This document shows, one piece after another, positions 48,201 to 62,936 of a stretch of DNA of 64,000 nt. The stretch comes from Nitrospirales bacterium. GTDB taxonomy: Bacteria; Nitrospirota; Nitrospiria; Nitrospirales; UBA8639. The position numbers were made by a program, and so were the translations under genes. The stretch lies in assembly GCA_965203295.1 (NCBI GenBank), contig CBDBCZ010000008.1:64001-128000 (forward strand), given 5' to 3'. Within the stretch, counting starts at the first letter, position 1, and each line of letters opens with the position of its first letter. Under the pieces are notes generated by a model that searched no databases, was not told where the DNA came from, and saw only the letters and a program-made list of their open reading frames with translations.

Positions 48201-51020
48201 TATAAAGCCAGAATGTATAATATTGTGCCTGAATGTATGCATGTAAAGTACAGCTACACATAGCAGTAGCTATATGCATGATAGTCTGATTGGATGAATT
48301 GTTTAATACCCTAAGGGAAGTCGGTATGAGTCATACCAGCCTTTTACCCAAAGGGAAGTCAATATGACTCATAATGACTTCTAGTAACCTAAGTAACAAG
48401 GGTGAGTGGGATATAATAAAGCATGCTTATAGTAGTAGCTACTGTGATACATCCACGTGCATGTTAAAGGAGCATATATACATTACCTAGCATGACAAAA
48501 CTAAGATTATAGCTATTATTTTGTGTTTGGTATTGTTTGCAGGACCTAGTATTATCAGCCCAAGCTGCAATGAAGAGGTCCTTATTTCTGTGAAGAACAC
48601 AACTAGCGGAATTGAAGTTAATGTAGCGAACAAGCATGACAAAGGAGTTTTAGAGTCTCGAGAATTCAGCCATCACCTCTCATCACAGTGCGGCGAGTAC
48701 AACGTTCGTTGTAAAGACCTTCTAGTTGAGTCCTCAACATCGCCGAATAAGAGTATTGTCTTTGTTCCCCTTCTCGATGGAATATTTCTATTGGAAGTTT
48801 CACATCGTGGGAAAATCACTGATTCTACCAAGTTGACAATCAACGCTCCTGTTCCTTGCAGTCCTACCGCCATTTCTAAGATTCAAGAGAATATCATCGC
48901 AGTTTGCCTAAATGAAGAAAGAGGGTATCTTACAACAATGAAAATATACCTAAACACTACATCAATCAGTTCTTCTCGTGGAAGTCGTCCTCAGATACCA
49001 GACTTTAACTTTGGACATTCGAATTCACCACATCTTTCTGATTTCAAATACATCCAGGATTTACAGTGGATTCTTTTTGCAAGTTCGAATCATGTGTATA
49101 CTCTTCTTCCGCTGACCTATACTTCCCTTGAATTTTCAGATGACCTGGGTAATTGTTCCAGGCCCGAATCAATAGTTTACACTTCTGATGGGGTTTTGAT
49201 TGCCTACTGTCACGATTTTGCTTCTTATTATAGTGTAGCCTACGAACATGCATTCAACCAAAGTCAATATTCTAAACATGGACAGCCATTTCTGTGCCCT
49301 AACCCTGACGTACACGTAGCAGTGTTTGCCTCAGCATCCTACATCCTCTACAGAGTGTGGAGTGCTAATAGTAGAGAGACCATTAACATACACGACATGA
49401 AGTTTGATTCTGGAGTGTGCTTTGGCTCAAGGACCCGTACGTTATTTGCATACAATGACAAGGAGAGAGGGGTGTATGTCCTTGATCCTGCTACATCTAA
49501 TCTCACACACTTGTCATCAAAGGCTTGTCTGAACTCACACTGTGAACCATTACTGGTGTTTCAGAGTAGGTACATCGTGATACGTGAGCGAGAAAATAAT
49601 GATGGTAACGTCATCGTTGTTGACTCACAGCAGAATTATACCGCTGTGATAACTGCAGAACACGTGAAATCAGACTTCCTAACTCTGCTGATTGAACAAG
49701 ACGCTAGCTTCTGTTCAAATGCCTCTCTCAGTCCTAGTACAAACAGTTCACTGAGTCCCAGTACACCAACACTTGCTTTGCCACCATCTGGGAAGCAGAC
49801 TACAGTTTCATTGCCTGCAGTTATAGGAGGGACTATTGGTAGTTTCCTGTTCCTGATAGTGGGTTTAATTATTGTTTTCACTGTCTACGTGTCGTTTTGT
49901 CGAAAAAGGTGAGTGAAAAGTGTGTTTGTAAGGGGATTAATTTTTAATATTCTCGAGCACACACCTACAAACCTGCAAAACTTCGCCATGGTGCATTACA
50001 GAAATTTATGAGCAGCTTGCATATAAAGAACCAATGTATTGCAAATTAATTATATAATTCTGTACTCTTTTATCTAGTCCATACCCTGTCGAAGAATCAC
50101 AGAAACCTGTAGAAAATGGTAGAGCAAGACCTCTGATGGGTGGAGGGCCTCCACCACGTACATTTCAGCCACTGAGCTGCAGTGATGCCCGCGGTGTCGA
50201 CTCAGCTGAATGTAGTCCTGTGGGAAACGGTCACGTGATATCTAACCCTGGTCTGAATGTTGAATCCCATGGTAACCCAGCATACCAACAGCTGCCAACG
50301 CCACAACATGTCTATCCATCTTCAGAGACAGCTAGCTATCAGCCTCCTCATGAAGAACAACAAAACAACCCACACACCCAAGGGAGCAGTGATGTCACCC
50401 AGCTGTAAGTCAGTGTACTGACATTTAGCATGCATTCACAGTGACACCATGGCTACGTAGCATGCACTTTGAGCTATTGGCTCACAATTCATGGTAGATC
50501 AAGTGCATTCATATCATTCACGTTAGTTTCAACACGTCATAATAATGACGACATAACTTACCCCCTGTATAGTTCTATTGTGACACTGTGTATGTAAATT
50601 TACCATAGCAACGGTACAAGTGCTCCTGTGACTGGTGACAGTGCAATCCCAAGTGAAAGTGCTGCAACTAATAATACCACACCTGAGCAAGTTCCTGGAG
50701 GTCAGCAGGCCAGTGCTTGTGCACATTCTGACAGAGAATCCCTTGAAACTTTGTGTACATCCTCTGAAACCTCCCTTCTGCATGGTGCTGCAATCGCCAC
50801 ATGTGTGGTACAGCCCAAACTTGAAGATAGAAGAACTCGCGAATATGATTCAGATGATGAACTTGCCCATGGCAAAGAAAAGACTGTTCCACCAAGAAAG
50901 TCTGTGCAGGCTAATCGACAGAAAATGAGGAGAAGGAGAGCTGAAAAAGGTGACTGTGAATGCTGTGATTATGAAAACCTTCGGAATCAAATTGTTATGG
51001 AAGAACTGGACAGAAATTAA
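45294..51020 (+). CDS. Receptor R7 (ectodomain B + TM/tail X). Exons 45294-45396, 48543-49908, 50078-50404, 50609-51020
   Basis: Signal MAAQGRRIDWVWIVLSCCVVLVLG; ectodomain nearly identical to R8; stalk, TM, tail, introns and 3' flank nearly identical to R5. Confidence 0.85.
47056..47439. mobile_element. hAT-like MITE with 8-bp TSD in R7 intron 1
   Basis: tttgggtg|tagggctgagcc ... ggctcaccccta|tttgggtg. The paralogous R8 intron has the empty site (ttatttgggtgcccag at ~55646). Confidence 0.8.
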
Positions 51021-51949
51021 ATAACAGAATCCCCTATTCTTACTACTCAATGATATGTTTGTGTAGTAGCTTCTTGTCACATTCACATAGTATTGCAATA
51101 CATTGTGTAAGTTGTCAGTAGCTGTTTGGGAAATTGTGGTTCAAACCGTGGTATAGCTATATCTTTGTATTCAGATGGACTGTATATACATGTATGTCCT
51201 TAAACAATGCAGTATACACGCACGTGTGCAATACCAAAATTTTAATTCTATAGATATATATAGTGTTCATGTGTCGTCACAGATCACGTGCTCCTGCAGT
51301 GTTTCCGTACCGTGTCACGTTTCGTTTATGCCCGTTCTGATCTTGCGTGGGCGACTAGATTGGCACGTTATACTATCTATGGTTATACAGCGATCTCAGA
51401 AACAAGAGCGGCTGGGAACTTACGCGTTCAGTATCTCAACTATCGCTGTAAGTCAGTTTTCAAGCGGGACAGATCGAGTGAATTTGCCACCTAGACTACG
51501 AGTACGAGAGTAACTTCCGGTCTTTATGCGTATGGCTATGTGGTTTGCTGCCCACCAAAAAGTCGAGAATGTAGAGTGAGCTTTATAACCATTATAGCTA
51601 AGCCTTCCATTTCAGACAGTGATATGAATATCAGTTTAACACACTATACAGAGTACCTGTATCATACTGTAGTAGCTGTGCTGTACTCATTACCATTATG
51701 GTGTAATGGGGGTAAAAGGAGGCACTAAATAGAGCAATACATGAAAACAAACATGCATGTTTTGTGCCTACGTTAACCCCTCCCCCCCCCCCCCCATTGC
51801 GTCATAATGGTAAAGGGTCTATTGTTTATCGTTGTGTAGAACAATGACAATGAAGCTGAAGTCGAATCAGTCTATTTGTAGCTAAGGAAGTAATTGTAGG
51901 CGGCAGGTGATCGAGCTCCAAGATTAATAGGTCAGGTAAGAGCCAAACG

Positions 51950-52994
<1,045 letters not shown>

Positions 52995-53501
52995 GGGTCT
53001 GAATGAAGTTACAGAAAGACATTGATTATAATATGGTAATCAAGATTGTTGCTAACATACAGGAAAAAACATTAGAATGTTTATGCAATACCTACAGCTC
53101 ATAGTTATTTTTATTTCACACTAATTCTATTAAAAGAAACCAGCTGACTGTCCGCGCTGACTTCATATACACGTGTACTTCTCTTCCGTCTACATGATTC
53201 ACTTTTATGTCTTCTGTATTAACTATGCTTTGTCACCCTGCTGACATGTATTCTAGAACACTCCGTGACCCAGTCGCTCTGTTTTGTGTATAACGATTGT
53301 GCATATTTGCTGTACAGAGCTGAGTTACACAGTTAAGCTTACTGGAACGCTAACCTCGCAGCCTAGCTTTACAGCCGAGATTGCAAGCCAACAACCGTCT
53401 GTACTAGGTGGGGTTTAGCCTACTAACCATTTATAATTGCAACTAACTTAAACTGCTGTACAGCCTGTAGCTAGCTAGTCTGGGGGACCCCGCCCCTCGC
53501 T

Positions 53502-56500
53502 ATGGCCGTTCAAATTTACTGGGTCTGGATCGTGCTATCCTTCTCCGTAATACTAGTGCTGGAGCCACGGCGAACACATTGCCAAATCACCGAAGGTCAG
53601 TCGGGTTTAATGGGTACTGGATGGGCATGGGGAGACATGTACATGTTCTACCGTCTCCGATCTATAGTTTAAAATCGTGGGATTAGAGGGTTACCACTAC
53701 TCTGATATTGGTAAGAGTAGCTCCCTATCTTCTCTTCTCTCGGGTCAACTGAATAGCACGATCGGGGCTAGGATTAGGGTATGTTAGGGTCAGGATCAGT
53801 CTATAAATATTGCGATAATTTGTGCTCTTCAATTGATCCGTTCTCTCTTGCCTGTCATTGGCTCTCACCCATCAGTCTTCAGCTTTGGCAGCCTTTGCGA
53901 GACCACCTGGGCCTGTACTAGTCTCGCGAGCCAGCCCCCGTATGCAAATAATTGGGGTGTGGTCTATGAACACTTTAACTGACGTTGGGGCGATGTAGTC
54001 TCTCGTACCAGCCTCACAATGAGTCTGGGTAGTTATGCCACATTTCTGTTCTGGAATGAAATGCATTACGTTTGTAAACCACACCCAAGTCATGACTGAT
54101 ATCGTGATAAACTTGAGCTAGTAGCATCCAGGTATTCATTGTTTAATTACGGTTGGATAAGTCAAGCAACAGGAAAAGACGAGTTTCTCTCCACGTCATT
54201 TCATGATATAGTTAGCCTCGTTCCCAGGCTCTACTTCCCAGCTTTTTTTTGCGCGTAGTAAAATAAGCGGTGCGAAAAAAAGCTGGGAAGTAGAGCATGG
54301 GAACGAGGCTAGATATAGTTACTTGTCACATGACTACTCTTTTTCCATTGGCTCTGCCAAGATTCTGGCAGGCGGAACGGAAATGTGACGTAGCTGCCAC
54401 TCACTCCTCCCCCTGAGTGATGCTGGCACACGAGACTAGTGGCGTGTTCTGCTGGTTACACTCCTATCAGGTTGCAGATCTTTGTCACGTGATCAGGTAG
54501 TTTGATCCAAAGACGCTACAAGAAACTAACGGAATGCAGCTGCAGTAAAATAAGCTTCCAAGAGTCTTTTTGTAACGTCTTTACTAGTGCATAATTGTGT
54601 GCGTCATACAGTAAGCCTACTGTCAAAATGCATGGATGGCATGAACGACGTCATGCCTCATAATTTTGAAAACACCAATCAGAATTGAATCTCATACATT
54701 CCTTCATCTAGCTAATAGCATGGAAAGCTGTCCAAGCTCACTTCTCCCCATGGGACTACTATCACAGCACAATGCACAATCTCTTCCTTTCAATTATGCC
54801 TCAACGCAACCAGTGTGGCAGAACAGACCGCTGAAGAACATAGTCTTGGGGAAGCTTTTGCATTACTTTTTGAAGATTTGCAGATAGAGAAGAAAATGGT
54901 TGTCATAAGTATTGTACTTTCCAATTCCATAGGACAAATCTTGCAAAATGGAATTGGGAGTTCATGCATACAGTTGGAGCCCCATTCTACCACAGTTTAT
55001 AGGGTAGTAGACATTTCTTTGTGCTTGCACCTCTCCAAATGTTGAAGTCAAAATACACAATTCTTTTATGGTTCTCCTCAAACAGTATGGACTACACAAT
55101 GCCACAGTTGTGGCTACAATAGCATTTGGAATGCGATAAGAATGAGTAGATGTTAAAGAGTGTAATTCACTAGGGACGGTCCGCTATTTGACATTATACA
55201 AACGTAAGTTTGGAAGTGCTAGTAGGTGGAAAACGCAATGAAATCATTGTACAAACCTCAACAAGTGCAGGGAAGTATTTCTGCTAATACTCCTACGTTT
55301 GTGAGTGTTTGTCAGTTTGCCTACCAGATGCCTTGCTGTTCACATTCATGAGCAAGTGGAATGTTAGCCTGGTACCCAGACCCTCTACCCACATTAAAAA
55401 AAGGTGAGTAGCGGATCTGGGTAGACTCATTCCCAGGCTCCACTGCCCAGCTTTTGTTTATCTATTAGACTGCTTATGAGCAAGAATAGTGGAAGGTTGA
55501 TTGTTATTGAAGTGCAATTGCCCTTTTAGTGTGGGCATGAGACTATTGTCCTTTGTACTCGTGGTAGCACTTTCAAGGATTCTGTTTTCAATAGCCGGAA
55601 AGTCCCAGCAACCAGCTGCCCTATAAGGTTACATATGTTTATGCCTTATTTGGGTGCCCAGATCTGCGGAGAGTGGTAAATGATGTTCAGCAACATTAGT
55701 GTCATGGTGACTAGCCTCGTACCCAGGCACATTAAATAGGGGGAAAGTGCGCCTGGTATCCACTGTTTGCGCATGCGCTTAATTTCCTAGCATTCCACAG
55801 CGATAGGATACCACCGTGACACGTCCACGGTATGATGACGTCAATACCGTAAACGCGGCCGTATTATCAATAATGCACGCAACAATGGCTGCTTGTATGG
55901 AAGACTTCAATCGCTCGATTTCTTATGCCCTCCAATGCCTTGGACGCGCGACGGTGACACTGAAGCTCGAGCAGAGAGCGACTGCGAAGTCCATCTACGA
56001 AGGAAAGGACCGGCTCTTAACTGGCTTTGGTAAGTAATTGTGCTATAACGTTCTACCCTTCGTGTTGTGAAACTTGGCAGGCTTACTAACAATAGTACTA
56101 ACAGGCTAGGCACGAGCAAGTTGAACGGGACGCTTCAATGTCGCAGTATAGCTACAGTAGATATTCCGCGTGGACGACGTCCGTGGACTTCGTGCACTAA
56201 TTACGCGCATGCGCGAACAGTGGATACCAGGCGCACTTTTTCCCTATTTAATGCGCCTGGGTACGAGGCTACATGGTGACCACCCGAAAGGGTCTTTTCA
56301 CAGGTAGCAAACAAACATGTGGTCAATAAAGTGCCATACCAACAGGGGGGGGGGGGGGGGAACAATACAGGGTCTCCACACTGTGCGAGTGCTTACCTCA
56401 CTTCCCACTCGACAAATACCTCAACTTGGGAGTGTAAGTATACTGTCGTTGCCAATATACCAGGGTGCTTACAATCATGGGTACTTTACGATGCAGTCTG

Positions 56501-59500
56501 TGAACTAAAGGTAAACCCACTGACAAAATTTGGAGCCAATGTGAAGATCCTAGTGGAAAGTTCGCAGCATGTAACCTTCGATGGCTAGTTGTATAAGTTA
56601 TAGTTACAAGTACTTGCGCGTGTTCAACTCGCTCACTCTGTACAGATAAAAATGAAGTGTGATCTCTATGTGATTTGCATGGAACAGTATAGCATCATCT
56701 GCTAATGAAGCAGTGCTTTTGACTAAGCCACATATCAGTGTTGAAAATTGACTCGTCACAGTGAGGGGTAAGTATATAGTACGCGTGCACACTACATTTC
56801 TTTTAGAAGCCAAAGCATGTATTATGTAATGTCCACGTAGTCATAGATAATAGAATCCGTATACGTAGCTATCATATGGAATGTGGAGCATCTGCCAGTG
56901 GTAGTAGCATGATCGAGACTTTGACAGTAGTTTTCTGCCTGAGCCATGTGGAGGCAGTAACTCAAAGGAGAGACTGCAAACAATTACAAAACCATACCCA
57001 CATCAGCACATGTAGGCAAATGGAACTGACTCCATTTAAAGCACATCGTCGTAGTTTGTCTAGCGTAGCAGTTACAGCTGTGAATGGTTTGCACTTACAG
57101 GACTATACAGACACTAACCTTCGCAATAGAGCACGCTCGAAGTGCTGATTTGAGGCCATCATGATAACACTGTCGGCTGTCAGAGCATCCCAACGCACGC
57201 AGCGGTCAAAGTCGTCCCAACGCATGCAGCGGTCAAAGTACTAATTAGCTATGTACACATATGATGACGTCATGGTCTTCTCGTGTATTCTCGCATATTC
57301 GAGGGTGATGATTTGCGGACGTCACATCCGTTACACACACACACACACACACACACAGACGGACAGAACTAATGTTAAAGTATTGATAGCACAGTTGTCA
57401 GGGATTTATGGCAGTAAACGAACAGAGTCCGAGGGCGATAGGACGAGGTTTGTTTACGTAGCCATAAATCCCTGACAACTGTACTGTAAGTGTTATATAT
57501 CCCATCTGATTGGTCAGTCCATGGAGGCCACGAACTATAGCAACGCTAGCACGTAGCAACGATTCCCATTCTGGCTTTATAATGGAAGAAGCTGAGGTCG
57601 CTAGTCCTTACTCGCCGTCTTGCCTCGGTATGTGCGATTGGACCGCCTGTCCAGGGGTTAATTTAGAGCTCCTCCCCCCGGAAGACAATATTGAGCCCCT
57701 CCCATCCGCTTCTTTGAAGCAGCCCCTCCTACCTCAACGTTTTGGCATAAGGACAAGCGGCCTCAGCTTCTTCCATTATAAAGCCAGAATGTATAATATT
57801 GTGCCTGAATGTATGCATGTAAAGTACAGCTACACATAGCAGTAGCTATATGCATGATAGTCTGATTGGATGAATTGTTTAATACCCTAAGGGAAGTCGG
57901 TATGAGTCATACCAGCCTTTTACCCAAAGGGAAGTCAATATGACTCATAATAACTTCTAGTAACCTAAGTAACAAGGGTGAGTGGGATATAATGAAGCAT
58001 GCTTATAGTAGTAGCTACTGTGATACATCCACGTGCATGTTAAAGGAGCATATATACAATACCTAGCATGACAAAACTAAGATTATAGCTATTATTTTGT
58101 GTTTGGTATTGTTTGCAGGTCCTAGTATTATCAGCCCAAGCTGCAATGAAGAGGTACTCATTTCTGTGAAGAACACAACTAGCGGAATTGAAGTCAATGT
58201 AGCGAACAAGCATGACAAAGGAGTTTTAGAGTCTCGAGAATTCAGCCATCACCTTTCATCACAGTGCGGCGAGTACAACGTTCGTTGTAAAGACCTTCTA
58301 GTTGAGTCCTCAACATCGCCGAATAAGAGTATTGTCTTTGTTCCCCTTCTCGATGGAATATTTCTATTGGAAGTTGCACATCGTGGGAAAATCACTGATT
58401 CCACCAAGTTGACAATCAACGCTCCTGTTCCTTGCAGTCCTACCGCCATTTCTAAGATTCAAGAGAATATCATCGCAGTTTGCCTAAATGAAGAAAGAGG
58501 GTATCTTACAACAATGCAAATATACCTAAACACTACATCAATCAGTTCTTCTCGTGGAAGTCGTCCTCAGATACCAGACTTTAACTTTGGACATTCGAAT
58601 TCACCACATCTTTCTGATTTCAAATACATCCAGGATTTACAGTGGATTCTTTTTGCAAGTTCGAATCATGTGTATACCCTTCTTCCACTGACCTATACTT
58701 CCCTTGAATTTTCAGATGACCTGGGTAATTGTTCCAGGCCCGAATCAATAGTTTACACTTCTGATGGGGTTTTGATTGCCTACTGTCACGATTTTGCTTC
58801 TTATTATAGTGTAGCCTACGAACATGCATTCAACCAAAGTCAATATTCTAAACATGGACAGCCATTTCTCTGCCCTAACCCTGACGTACACGTAGCAGTG
58901 TTTGCCTCAGCATCCTACATCCTCTACAGAGTGTGGAGTGCTAATAGTAGAGAGACCATTAACATACACGACATGAAGTTTGATTCTGGAGTGTGCTTTG
59001 GCTCAAGGACCCGTACGTTATTTGCATACAATGACAAGGAGAGAGGGGTATATGTCCTTGATCCTGCTACATCTAATCTCACACACCTGTCATCGAAGGC
59101 TTGTCTGAACTCGCACTGTGAACCATTACTGGTGTTTCAGAATAGGTACATCGTGATACGTGAGCGAGAAAATAATGATGGTAACGTCATCGTTGTTGAC
59201 TCACAGCAGAATTATACCACTGTGATAGCCGCAGAACACGTGCAAGCAGACTTCCTGACTCTGCTGATTGAACAAGACGCTAGCTTCTGTTCATTGACAA
59301 ACAGTTCTCTGAGCACTAGTACTCCAACAATTCTACCACCGTCAGGGCCTGGGACGCAGATTGCAGGACCAGCTGCAGGAGTTAGTGCTGGCCTAGTACT
59401 AATACTAGTACTAGTACTAGTAGTGTGTTCAGTTGTTGTTTTCATAGTCCGCAAGAGGCGTCAAAAAAAAGGAAGCCGGTGAGTGAAATCCCAAACATTA

Positions 59501-60403
59501 ATTTTTACCATCTATGAAGATTGGCATTCCAGTTGAGTGGTTGGTACTAGAAGTTTTATAGTGGTTATTGTTTGCTAAAAAGTTTAGTGTATTATATCCG
59601 CTTTATTATAAACTCCTCCCATACAGGCCGTCCACTCCCACTCAAGAAACAAGTGGCGTGGAATCTCAGAGTAGTGAGCTGCAGAGTGATAGTGAGAGCA
59701 ATGGTCAGCAACAGGGTGAAGCTGAAAGTCCTGTGGGAGATGACCACGACAAGAGTGTGACATGTACCCCCTGTGATGATCCTCATGGAAAGCCCAAATT
59801 TAAAGGGATGCCACAGCCAAACCAAGTCTTTGAGTCAACTACCAACGAGCAGCCCACTGGAAATGCCACAGATCAGCAAAACAGCTCACAGAGCAGTGGC
59901 ACCATCCAGTAAGCCAGGAATGCTTGTGTACTGATGCTGTGTTGTTTACATGATTAACACACACCATAAGTACTTTTGATCTATAGTGGCTAGTCATTCA
60001 CAGTAGAGCAAGTGTATTCATGCATGTACGTCACACACTACACTGTACACTACTTACCCCTTACTGTTCTATTATGACTGCTGTATATTTACCATAATAT
60101 TATAGCAACAGTCCCAAGACTTGTGGCAGTGCAACAAATTCTTGCAGAGGAGCCTCAAACAAGCCCAATCAACAAATCAATCGGGACGCATTCCCTCCTA
60201 GTGCTGATAGTGACTTGTTCGAGCGTGGCGGTGAAGAAGGTTGGTTGTCACAACCAAAATCTGAAGAGAGTAAAGACCATGAATACGACGAGTCATGTGA
60301 TGAACATATTCCAGGGAGATATAAAACAGTTCCACCGAGAAAGTCTCCCAGGCGGAAAAAAAGGCATAAGAGAGCAGTAGGGGGCAGTTATGAGCAACTA
60401 TGA
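53502..60403 (+). CDS. Receptor R8 (ectodomain B + TM/tail Y). Exons 53502-53595, 58119-59478, 59627-59908, 60106-60403
   Basis: Signal MAVQIYWVWIVLSFSVILVL; TM IAGPAAGVSAGLVLILVLVLVVCSVVVFIV; tail begins RPSTPTQETS and ends GGSYEQL*; phases 1/2/2. Confidence 0.85.
53996..54438. mobile_element. TAG...CTA TIR element absent from the R7 intron, containing a nested 99-bp MITE (54213-54311, TSD gatatagt)
   Basis: tagtctctcgtaccagc...gctggcacacgagacta; inner gatatagt|tagcctcgttcccagg...gggaacgaggcta|gatatagt. Confidence 0.65.
55712..56271. mobile_element. AcademH-like non-autonomous element with 9-bp TSD and a helicase N-terminal remnant
   Basis: catggtgac|tagcctcgtacccagg ... cctgggtacgaggcta|catggtgac, ~65-bp TIRs, internal LKLEQ...IYEGKD..LTGFGK resembling a RecQ-type Q motif and motif I. 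Absent from the R7 intron. Confidence 0.72.
56607..57386 (-). mobile_element. Non-autonomous Helitron-like element, copy 4 (R8 intron 1)
   Basis: Homologous to 5629-6387. The R7 intron shows the empty site (tatagttttagcacag at ~47817) with no TSD. Confidence 0.7.
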
Positions 60404-60811
60404 ACGTTACAACCGCAACAATGGAACTCAGCCTTACATTGCGTGGTGTATAGGCTTGTGTGCTGCAGATTGACCATCACATTGTGTGGCATAGACTATT
60501 ACATTGTGTGATGCATCCTCTATAGCTATAGTCATTGATGTGTCGATATTGATGTCAGTAACGTACGTTATGTAGCATGCTCAAAACATTGTACAGTGTA
60601 GTCAATTCCCAAATTTTAATCGATCTATTCTTCAATTGATATATATGTACGTAGTTCCTGTGCAATTATTTTGAAAGTGTGAATGTGAATATCTACAAGT
60701 CACAATTGTACACTGTCATACTAAAGACAATAGAACCAGTACAGTACAGTACAGACGAGTTATGTGACTATAATTATATCACTGAGGACAGAACAGACGA
60801 GCCATGATACG

Positions 60812-62095
60812 TCACTGAGGAAGCATCATGGGGGGTGTAATCTCCTTCACCACCTCAGCCCCGGCAACAGCTTCCACGATGCCAAGAGCAAACTCGAAGC
60901 ATGACCCCGGCCCCCGGCTGGTGATGGTGCTCCCATCTCTGCACACCCTGGCCTCGCTGTAGGTGTAGCTTCCGCTCTTCTCCAGGCTCTCCTTCACGCA
61001 GGGGTGGGAGGTGACGGTCTTGCCCTTGGCGATGCCGTGGGAGAGCAGAGCAGAGGGGGCGGCACAGACTGCGGCCACGAAACCATTCTGCGCCTCCTGC
61101 TTTTGGAGGACTTGTTTTACCTTCTCCGACTCGGCCAGTCTCTTTGATCCGCCCAAGCCTCCTGGCAGCACCACAACGTCGTATGGGCCACCTGTGATAT
61201 AGTCAGGCCAACCCCACTATTAGTAACATTACAAGGTCATGTTCCCAGAAATAGATACTTCACAATCACCTTCCCTTAGTCTGTGACACAAAATTAATAA
61301 TACTTCTTTATACTTTAAAATGCCACCTTATACACTTGGTAACACTCTGAATATCAGATATACCGTCAGATTCTGCCTAAGTGTTTATGGCCATATTTGT
61401 AAAATTAGGGAACTTAAAACTTCAATACCTTCTACTGTGTATACATTGGGGACCTGGTGAAGTGTCTTGTATAGAGAGGTTTCCTCATTTCAGGGGTAGA
61501 TTCATAATAAGAAATTAAAGCATATTTTGGATAGAGTGTCCTTATTACAGAGGTGTCCTAATTTCGGGGTGCCCTTTAAGAAGGGTTCCACTGTATTACC
61601 CATACACAATGCAATGCAAGCCCCACTTGTATATCTGCGTTGACTAGATGATATAAAAGCCACTAGCTACTCAAAATACAGAAGCTGTATAGCTACCTTA
61701 AATTCAATGCCAACATCTTACCTTGCATAGCTTCATCGAGAGACTTGTCTGGAATGATCCTGACCCCTCTGCTGCATTCCACTGGCTCCGCTGAGTCTAG
61801 ACCGGCCAATGTGACGTTGATCTTGGCCCTCCGCAGCACATCTGTGGAGATGACTGTCTCCATCTCCTCTGCTCCTTCGGCCAAGATGACCAGTGCTCGC
61901 TTTTCCTGCAGTAGTAGCAAATCAGAAGCTTATTAAACAGACACAAATATATGCATGTTCACATTCCCTCCTTCTCTCTAGCCTGTCTCTATATATACCA
62001 TATAGAGCCTCGCGTAGCCAGCCCCTCGCGGCTAGGCTGTAGGTGATAGCATAGCCTTAGCTTAGTAAGGTCTAAGTAAATACCTGGGAAGCCAT
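60812..62095 (-). CDS. PARK7: Protein deglycase DJ-1/PARK7, ~191 aa. Exons (minus) 62095-62084, 61905-61722, 61191-60812
   Basis: [31 protein letters not shown]...YDVVVLPGG...AAVCAAP (Cys106 equivalent)...TSRGPG..FEFAL; GT-AG introns in phase. Confidence 0.93.
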
Positions 62096-62319
62096 GATGA
62101 CATCAATGAAGTCTCGTGCGCACAGACCTTGGCGCATGGCATGGGGATATGGCCTATGGCTCGTAAAAGAGGGAGGAGCTAGACAGTGGAATATCACGTG
62201 ATTACAGCTGACAGGAAGTTTGGGGAAATTAGGATCTGCCATCTGTCCAGGGCTAGGGGCTGTATTTTACTACGACGTTGTGAAGCGAAGGAGCTACATC
62301 ATAGTTACCTCCGAAGGCA

Positions 62320-62707
62320 ATGGCGACCCTCAGGACTATACTAACCTTCGTGCTGCTATCCCTAAGCGTCCCACCGATCTACAGGACTTCTGCGCAAGAA
62401 GAAGGGGCGGGGTCCGAGGTGGCCACCTCGATTGCTTGCGACAAGACCCTGGCAGAGATAGACGCTCTCATTCGCGAAGCGTTGGAAGAGTTTGTTAACG
62501 TCACCATCAACTGTTATTCTTTTGATAGCGAAGCGGCTCTTCGTAACGCCATAGTATCCGGGTTCTCCGCGAGTGCTCCGAATGGACGGTTTGATTTCGT
62601 TTGCAGAAGCGGTGTGCTCGTCGGCTTGCCTTCTAGCGAGTCGGCCACTGATACCGAGTATGGGAGTTGTTTGGAGTGCACAGACACGGCAAACCCCTGT
62701 TCGGGCG
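62320..62707 (+). CDS. First exon of an unidentified secreted or membrane protein with a Cys-containing domain, head-to-head with DJ-1
   Basis: Hydrophobic signal MATLRTILTFVLLSLSVPP, six Cys including CLEC...PC, donor g|gtgagt at 62708. Downstream exons were not identified. Confidence 0.6.
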
Positions 62708-62936
62708 GTGAGTTTCCTGGGATTGGTTTCCCCAAATAAATATTGACCATAATACCATTGGCATAGATAGTAGAGTACTCTACTATCTATGCCATTGCAA
62801 ACTCTTCAAGAGATGGGATTGGTTTAATACCCAAAATAAATATTGACCAGTACCATAATTGCAAACTCTTCAAGAGATGATAAGCTTTCTGAGAGAGTAC
62901 AGAAATCGGGGGGGGGGGGGGGGGGGGGGGGGAAGG

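Noticed and set aside
51805..51822. taatggtaaagggtct|at matching the TIR end of the second ISL2EU element
   Set aside because: Solo 16-bp end with no partner TIR found nearby, so no element can be delimited.
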